This document shows, piece after piece, positions 58,336 through 64,000 of a DNA stretch of 64,000 bases; the first letter of the stretch is position 1, and each line of letters opens with the position of its first letter. Below the pieces are notes generated by a model. The model was not told the origin of the DNA. It ran no database searches and was given only the letters and a program-made list of their open reading frames with translations. This DNA comes from a virus (lineage: Duplodnaviria; Caudoviricetes): the IMG/VR virus record IMGVR_UViG_2061766007_000959; one strand, given 5' to 3'. The position numbers and the translations under genes are program-made.

Positions 58336-59112
58336 ATGTCAGATTTTTTGAACGGGTTGGTAGAGGTACAAAACAAATCCAACCGTGTGTCGGACAGCGC
58401 AGTTGACCGACGCAAAAGAATTTTGGATGCCAAGAATCGTATGACCGAAAGAAAGGCATCGGGTATTAACCGCATTAGTGATTCGGCACGTCCGACAATG
58501 CGAGGTATTGCCACAAAACGCGTATCGGCAGTACAGGGACTGACACGCAAACAAGACAGCGCAAGTAAATCGTATTTGCGCCTCCGTCAACGCATCAAGG
58601 ACGAACTTGCCGAAACCGAAACAACACAGGAGGCAACCGAAGCCGTGATTGACGTACTTGACGAAATGGTACAGGACAACCCGCAGGAGGTTGTGAACGC
58701 GTCGGAAGACATTATCAGCGCGGTTTTCGAGGTGATTGGCGAACTTATCCCCGAGGATGGTAATGAGGGTGGTAGCGAATCTGGTGAACCCGAATTTGAC
58801 GAAGATGAGGAAGTTTCCGATTCAATCAGCCGTCGCAATGTTGTACGCCGTCGCGATGTTGCCGATTCACGCAAATTGGCGATGATTCGCCGCCGAATCA
58901 AAGACGGTTTGGCACGTCGTGGCGCGACAGCACGCCGTATGTCTGTGAAAGACAGTGTACGCCGTATGTCGGTGTCGGACAGTGTACGCCGTAGCCGCGC
59001 TTTAGCCGCCGCACGCCGTGTGCGTGACGCACGCGCAAAACGCACCGCCGACAGCCCGTCGGTAAGACGCGCCGCCGACAGCCGTATGCGTCGCCCAGCC
59101 CCTCGCGGCTAA
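58336..59112 (+). CDS. Arg-rich / acidic-core protein, probable prohead scaffold or core protein
   Basis: About 13 xxD motif copies; basic-acidic-basic architecture; head gene neighbourhood. Confidence 0.6.
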   Translation: MSDFLNGLVEVQNKSNRVSDSAVDRRKRILDAKNRMTERKASGINRISDSARPTMRGIATKRVSAVQGLTRKQDSASKSYLRLRQRIKDELAETETTQEATEAVIDVLDEMVQDNPQEVVNASEDIISAVFEVIGELIPEDGNEGGSESGEPEFDEDEEVSDSISRRNVVRRRDVADSRKLAMIRRRIKDGLARRGATARRMSVKDSVRRMSVSDSVRRSRALAAARRVRDARAKRTADSPSVRRAADSRMRRPAPRG

Positions 59113-59135
59113 TCAACAACGGTTGATGTTTATCA

Positions 59136-59171
59136 AAAACGTGGTTTCGTTTTTCGGAATCACGTTTTTTT
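59136..59171 (+). terminator. Intrinsic terminator
   Basis: aaaacgtggtttcg...cggaatcacgtttt followed by a T run. Confidence 0.6.
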
Positions 59172-59198
59172 GTATATTTGTGTTTGCAAATGATGTAA

Positions 59199-59402
59199 TT
59201 GTTTCGGTATGTAAAAATGAAAATGTTTAATCGCACAACGGTTTTTTTGGTCGCACAGTTGGTGTTTATCATCGCGGTGATAATCTCCCTTATAGGGAAT
59301 ATGTACGTCGGTATGTTCCTTATGGCTGTCGCGACGGCGTGCGCAATCATTTTCTTTGGCAACGACAACAATAATGACGGTAACTATTATAAATTAACAT
59401 AA
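59199..59402 (+). CDS. Small two-TM membrane protein (start probably near 59217-59224)
   Basis: Two hydrophobic helices. Confidence 0.5.
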   Translation: MFRYVKMKMFNRTTVFLVAQLVFIIAVIISLIGNMYVGMFLMAVATACAIIFFGNDNNNDGNYYKLT

Positions 59403-59405
59403 ATT

Positions 59406-59687
59406 ATGGCAGATTTAACATTCACAAAGGTTGGTGACAAATATGAAAGTGACGTTGTTCAGTTTGAATCGAACGCAGTTGTCGAGTTGACATTCGGTTC
59501 TGTTCCTGATTTCACGGGTATCGGAATCGAGATATGGCAATCGTTGTCACAGACAAATTGGCAGATGTGTTACAACGACGCGTTACGGACGGGATTGACT
59601 TGGTGCAAGACGCTTGCGGGAGTGAGCGAGAACGCATATTACAAGGTGGTTACAACGGTACAACCGACAAGTGCTTATTATGAATAG
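59406..59687 (+). CDS. Small beta-rich protein, probably virion-associated
   Basis: Upstream of the BspA-like gene. Confidence 0.55.
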   Translation: MADLTFTKVGDKYESDVVQFESNAVVELTFGSVPDFTGIGIEIWQSLSQTNWQMCYNDALRTGLTWCKTLAGVSENAYYKVVTTVQPTSAYYE

Positions 59688-61083
59688 GGCGGTGTTGGAT
59701 AGGGCGGTGCTTGGTTGCGCCAATATCGGTGTCGCTGACGTGGGTAACGTTGGTGTGATGGGTGCGTATGATGATACGGAGGTCAAACCATACATCAGTG
59801 GTCATGTTACAGATGGAAGTTCAACATTTAAATTTAAAATTAATGGTAATGATATAACTGTGCCTGTAGATAGTAATGGCAAATGGAAGTGGGTGCAGGA
59901 TAGGGAAATAACAAGTTTTTTTGATTCATTTTATGTCAAACAAAACATTGATGAATTGTATATAATGTGCGATATTTCAAAGATAACCACTTTTTATCGC
60001 GCGTTTTATAATAACACAAGTTTAAAGAAACTTGTATTCTCAAAAAAATATACAAACAATATTGCAACACAATTTAATAACTTTGTTCACTTTTCACAAT
60101 TAACAGAATTAGATTTATCTATGTTTGGAATGGAAGGTGCTACGAGTACATGGTCAATGTTTAATACCACACCTTTAAAAACCATTGATTTATCAAATGC
60201 AAATTTTGAATCTTTGGCAACTGTTGATAATATGTTTTGGAGAACATACGAACTTGAGAATTTGTTATTAAAACCAAATTCAATAAAAATTTCATTATTG
60301 TTCGCGGAATCTTCAAAACTTACTGAGCAATCCGTTGTCAATATATTCAATGCGGTTGCAGATGACATCACATTAACATTCCATCAAAACGTATGGAACA
60401 TGATAATGCGTGAAATAGATATACAAGGTAGTCCAATACAAGTTGCTTATCAAAATATGATAGACAATTACGATGTCACCATTGCTAATGCAAGTTTTGA
60501 TGCGGAAATTGAATATATAGAAGGAACAGGCACACAATGGGTTGATACGAATATTAAATTCAAGCCAACAACGGTGTTTGAAACAAGATTTATGGAAATT
60601 AATATTCCTGAAAATCCAACAGCATCAAATAGAACTCATATAATTGGTACACATCAAGGCAATACAAGATACAGGTTAAGAAGGATAGAAGTAGATAGTT
60701 TATGGTTCTTATATGGTTCTAACGGTAATGCTTGGGGTGCAGTTGGCAATACTAAAAACAATATTATTGATATATATTTTTCAACAACTACGTTAAAATA
60801 TAAAATAAATAATAATAATTGGGTTGAAAAAGATATATCTGGTGTAGAACAATTTGTTGAAAGCCCAGATACAATAACATTGTTTCATGCCAAAAACATT
60901 AATAATATTGACACAAAATTTGAAGGTAGATTTTATTATTTGAAAATTTGGGATAATGGTAATCTTATTGCCGATTTCATTCCTGTCCGCAAAGGCACAA
61001 CGGGTTACATGTACGATAAGGTAAGTGGTAATCTGTTCGGTAATAGTGGAACAGGTGATTTTGTATTAGGAAACGACAAATAA
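59680..61083 (+). CDS. BspA/DUF285-like LRR plus concanavalin-like domain protein
   Basis: LxxLDLS..MF repeats; EYIEGTGTQWVDT; FIPVRKG..GYMYDKVSGNLF. Confidence 0.7.
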   Translation: MNRAVLDRAVLGCANIGVADVGNVGVMGAYDDTEVKPYISGHVTDGSSTFKFKINGNDITVPVDSNGKWKWVQDREITSFFDSFYVKQNIDELYIMCDISKITTFYRAFYNNTSLKKLVFSKKYTNNIATQFNNFVHFSQLTELDLSMFGMEGATSTWSMFNTTPLKTIDLSNANFESLATVDNMFWRTYELENLLLKPNSIKISLLFAESSKLTEQSVVNIFNAVADDITLTFHQNVWNMIMREIDIQGSPIQVAYQNMIDNYDVTIANASFDAEIEYIEGTGTQWVDTNIKFKPTTVFETRFMEINIPENPTASNRTHIIGTHQGNTRYRLRRIEVDSLWFLYGSNGNAWGAVGNTKNNIIDIYFSTTTLKYKINNNNWVEKDISGVEQFVESPDTITLFHAKNINNIDTKFEGRFYYLKIWDNGNLIADFIPVRKGTTGYMYDKVSGNLFGNSGTGDFVLGNDK

Positions 61084-61091
61084 ATAACATT

Positions 61092-61301
61092 ATGAGTGAA
61101 TACGAGAAACATGTTTGGCATTTGCCGATAGGACAATGGTACACACAAAAGGTATTAAGTACAGGCGAATCACGTATGTTTGCGCGTGATATAGCGAATA
61201 GAAGTGAATCAGCAATTAATAAATGGGAGGTTTGGACTAACGCGCAAAAAGAGGAATGGGAACAGGCGCATGCTGACGATACGGGTGAAGTGGAGGAGTA
61301 A
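61092..61301 (+). CDS. Small partner of the adhesin-like gene
   Basis: WEVWTNAQKEEWE motif. Confidence 0.55.
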   Translation: MSEYEKHVWHLPIGQWYTQKVLSTGESRMFARDIANRSESAINKWEVWTNAQKEEWEQAHADDTGEVEE

Positions 61302-61637
61302 CAATGGATAATGACGTAAAAAATACCGAAAGACCCGATTTCCGCACCATTGTCGAACCATTGGTGGAATATCTGCGTGAATACTATCATCCGATGGCTC
61401 GAATCATTATTGATTTCAATTCTGCGGAAATCGTCGAAGGTGTCCAAGGTGAACAATTTGAATATTTTGATGACTAATGGAAACACGGTTTATCAAATGG
61501 AATACGAATGAGAATGGGGAAACGAATTACATCCGTCAATACCGAAAGCACTTTTGGAACAGGTGGAAGACGGTGATTGACCCCCGTTTCACCAAACCCC
61601 AATTGTACCGTGTAATCAAAAATACATACATCGCATT

Positions 61638-61904
61638 ATGAAACGGAAACACGAACATAAATATCTTGGAATCCCAACCGTGAACCATTACCCGCGAACA
61701 GACGGTGACGGTGAATTGATATACAAGGGATTTGTGTTTCCCGAATCGGTTGTCAACGAACGTATGTCGGATTCGTATAAGGCGATGAACGACAAACCGA
61801 CGGACGACGGGTTCAAATGTTGGGCGAAACGCAACGCGATGTACGCCCTGCACATTCTTGAAACACTGATGGTGTCGGGGGCGTACATTGAATGTTTTTT
61901 GTAA
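61638..61904 (+). CDS. Hypothetical protein
   Basis: ORF track. Confidence 0.55.
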   Translation: MKRKHEHKYLGIPTVNHYPRTDGDGELIYKGFVFPESVVNERMSDSYKAMNDKPTDDGFKCWAKRNAMYALHILETLMVSGAYIECFL

Positions 61905-61916
61905 AATTTGAATAAA

Positions 61917-62411
61917 ATGATAGGACGTATTTTTGACAGTGGTGATTATTCAAAATCACTTGAACAACGGAGAAGGGAAACAAAAGACGGGTACGTAACC
62001 GTGTACCGTGTGGGACAGGTAGATGATTTCAAAGACGGATTGTTTTTTGCATTTAACTTGAGTTATTATGACAAATCTATGACAGGGTACAAAAAAGAGA
62101 ACGCCGTTGAATATTTGTTGGATTTGAACGCTGATATTTGGAATCCGATGGACGAACTAAAACTCGAGATAGAGGGATGGACACACATATACGGGTTAAC
62201 ATCTGACTTTGATAAATATAATATTCAAGAGGATGATGAGTTGGAGGCGACCGAAGGATATTCGGTTACATCGACAGATTGTTTGGCGGCGGCGGCACGA
62301 AGATTGGGCTATCAAGCGGTATATTTGCGCGGTATTCCGAACGATTCGGGTTGGGGCGATGATTATGACGAAATTGCGGTTTTCGACAAATCTATAATTG
62401 AACGGATATAA
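61917..62411 (+). CDS. Putative ADP-ribosyltransferase-fold protein (ART-PolyVal-like) with RIFDS leader
   Basis: VTVYRV, GLFFAF, EYLL..N.WNP, LGYQAV, YDEIAVFD..I motif order. Confidence 0.6.
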   Translation: MIGRIFDSGDYSKSLEQRRRETKDGYVTVYRVGQVDDFKDGLFFAFNLSYYDKSMTGYKKENAVEYLLDLNADIWNPMDELKLEIEGWTHIYGLTSDFDKYNIQEDDELEATEGYSVTSTDCLAAAARRLGYQAVYLRGIPNDSGWGDDYDEIAVFDKSIIERI

Positions 62412-62479
62412 ATTTTATGAAACGTGTTGCAATATTGAAATTATTTATATATTTGCAATGAATTTAAAACGATACGGAT

Positions 62480-63085
62480 ATGGCATTACAAGAACGATTT
62501 GACGATTGGAACAATGAAGTTTATATCGTTGATAATATAACGGGTATGGGAGTGATACTTGAAGATGGTACAGATTATTCCGTTGAAACAGACGAGAATG
62601 ATGAAGTGGTAGAAGTAGAAGTGGAGGGTGTTGCCATACCAGAGTTTTGTTTTACTTTGAATGAATTATTGGAAGAGATTCATTTTAGATTACAAGATAT
62701 AAAAAATGAATCTCAAAATTGGTACAAGAAACATAACAAGGAATTAGAAGAAGCACAGAGAGATTATGATAATGGAAATTATTATGCGCATGAAAGAATA
62801 AACACTTTAAGTAAGCAGTGGTTTGATTGGTATTATGATGGTTTTTCGTTTACGCTTTTTAAAGCAGATGGCACAAAAATACAAGAAACAGATATTGACG
62901 ATGAAACGTTAAAAATTAACTCATATTATAGTGATAAGCATAACAAGCGTATCTATAAAAATAGTGCATACAATATGAAGGACATTGTAGCAGTATATAT
63001 GAATAATGACGGTTATGAATATGTCGCTTATAATGACAAGGGCAAAAAATATATGAGTGAATATATGGGATTGACATTGATTTAA
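62480..63085 (+). CDS. Acidic hypothetical protein
   Basis: Shares the aaaacgatacggatATG leader with 50700. Confidence 0.65.
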   Translation: MALQERFDDWNNEVYIVDNITGMGVILEDGTDYSVETDENDEVVEVEVEGVAIPEFCFTLNELLEEIHFRLQDIKNESQNWYKKHNKELEEAQRDYDNGNYYAHERINTLSKQWFDWYYDGFSFTLFKADGTKIQETDIDDETLKINSYYSDKHNKRIYKNSAYNMKDIVAVYMNNDGYEYVAYNDKGKKYMSEYMGLTLI

Positions 63086-63125
63086 ATGAAATTAAATAAA
63101 CGAACAACAAAAAATAACGCCCGAT

Positions 63126-64000
63126 ATGTTTAAAATACGTGACGGAAACATCGGTTACAAGAAATTGCTTTCGGAAAAGCAATTCCTACAGGTTCAACGC
63201 CGCGCCCGTCAACTGACGAAAGGCACGAACCTTGTGTCGATGTACGTCAAGGAACAAACCATAATGTACAAGACACAATCCGCCGAATACGAAGACAACG
63301 GGTACATATACACGCAACGCATATACATCGAAAAGGCGACGTTTGAAAACATCGTGAACGCGAAAAACTACGCGGAAATCGAAAAACTGATGTTGGACGG
63401 CGGGTTGAAAGTGCATTGTAATTGTCTTGCCAAAGGAACGCGCGTATTGACGCGGAACGGTTTTAAAAACATCGAGGATATTACGACCGACGACGAAGTG
63501 TTGTCGTCAGATGGTAAATGGCACACTGTGGCTGGTTTACGGGTGTCGGAATTGAAAAACAATTGGAAAAAGGTTAAAATACAATATAGGGACGAACCAC
63601 TTGTTATAACTACCGACCATAAGATAATGTGGGCAGACGGTGGTATGCGCACCCTGAATGAATACAAGGAAGGTGATAGGGTACAGGGTGTCCTGTGTTC
63701 GCACGGCGTTTTGTCAATCGAGGATGCTGAACCTCAAATCGGGTATGACGTGTGCCTGTTCGACGAGCCGCACAACTACATCGCGAACGGCGTAATCGTT
63801 TCAAACTGCCCCGCATTCCACTATTACGGTTACAAATACAAGGCTTGGAAAATGGGGTACGGATTGGAAAAGGAATTGCGCCGACCCGTAATCCGAAACC
63901 CCCATGAGCAGGGTTACGTCTGCAAACATTTGTATTTGGTACTACAGACATTCCCGTTCTACGCGAAGGAACTCGCGGCGAAATTCGGTAAATATTGGGA
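63126..64000 (+). CDS. SWIM zinc-finger protein with mini-intein, 3'-truncated and absent from the ORF track
   Basis: Translated by eye: MFKIRDG...KVHCN[intein]CPAFHYYGY...RNP...GYVCKHL; open to the window end. Confidence 0.85.
   Translation, partial: MFKIRDGNIGYKKLLSEKQFLQVQRRARQLTKGTNLVSMYVKEQTIMYKTQSAEYEDNGYIYTQRIYIEKATFENIVNAKNYAEIEKLMLDGGLKVHCNCLAKGTRVLTRNGFKNIEDITTDDEVLSSDGKWHTVAGLRVSELKNNWKKVKIQYRDEPLVITTDHKIMWADGGMRTLNEYKEGDRVQGVLCSHGVLSIEDAEPQIGYDVCLFDEPHNYIANGVIVSNCPAFHYYGYKYKAWKMGYGLEKELRRPVIRNPHEQGYVCKHLYLVLQTFPFYAKELAAKFGKYW
63423..63806 (+). mobile_element. 128-aa mini-intein (Hint domain only)
   Basis: CLAKGTRVLTRNG.KNIEDI (block A), ITTDHKI (TxxH), GYDV..DEPHNYIANGVIVSN|C (blocks F/G). 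Confidence 0.9.

Noticed and set aside
124-63951. Minus-strand and alternative-frame ORFs in the track (e.g. 6786-7418, 26014-26670, 42898-43686, 47875-48564, 51594-51959)
   Set aside because: They shadow well-supported + strand genes and have no recognisable motifs or start context
1-64000. Stop-codon recoding (TAG=Gln or TGA=Trp) as in Lak and some crAss-like phages
   Set aside because: Long conserved genes are intact in code 11, and TAG and TGA both end genes that are immediately followed by new starts

Overview
This 64-kb window looks like part of a large (jumbo-type) tailed-phage genome infecting a Bacteroidota host such as Prevotella or Bacteroides. The host call rests on TAnnTTTG -7 promoter boxes in most intergenic gaps, A-rich SD-less start regions and BspA-type LRR proteins. 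Essentially all real genes are on the + strand in the standard code. Replication and repair genes: a stand-alone CHC2 primase zinc finger, a family A DNA polymerase with an intein and an apparently dead proofreading domain, a degenerate ATP-dependent ligase, a Rad50/SbcC split into three ORFs, Mre11/SbcD, RNase H, and a SWIM-PolX-like protein lacking the catalytic aspartates. Regulators: XRE HTH, BRO-N/ANT antirepressor and KilA-N. One TnpB-only IS200/IS605 element has a rearranged RuvC-II site. Long arrays of small paralogous hypothetical genes fill about 2-8 kb and 27-45 kb. Head morphogenesis: terminase large subunit, probable portal, and an Arg-rich scaffold or core-like protein. The most striking unexplained pattern is a short motif, (K/R)-(I/V)-x-D-(S/G/N/D/E), such as KRIKDG, RVSDS and KISDS. 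It occurs as an N-terminal leader and as an inter-domain linker in about a dozen proteins. These include two polyproteins apparently built by fusing formerly separate genes, a RelE-like toxin, an ADP-ribosyltransferase-like protein, the SWIM-PolX and an intein-containing SWIM protein. I infer an Asp-specific capsid-targeting and prohead-protease system that packages and releases ejected effector domains, analogous to the T4 CTS/gp21 (I/L-x-E) system. All family calls come from motif recognition by eye; no database searches were run.
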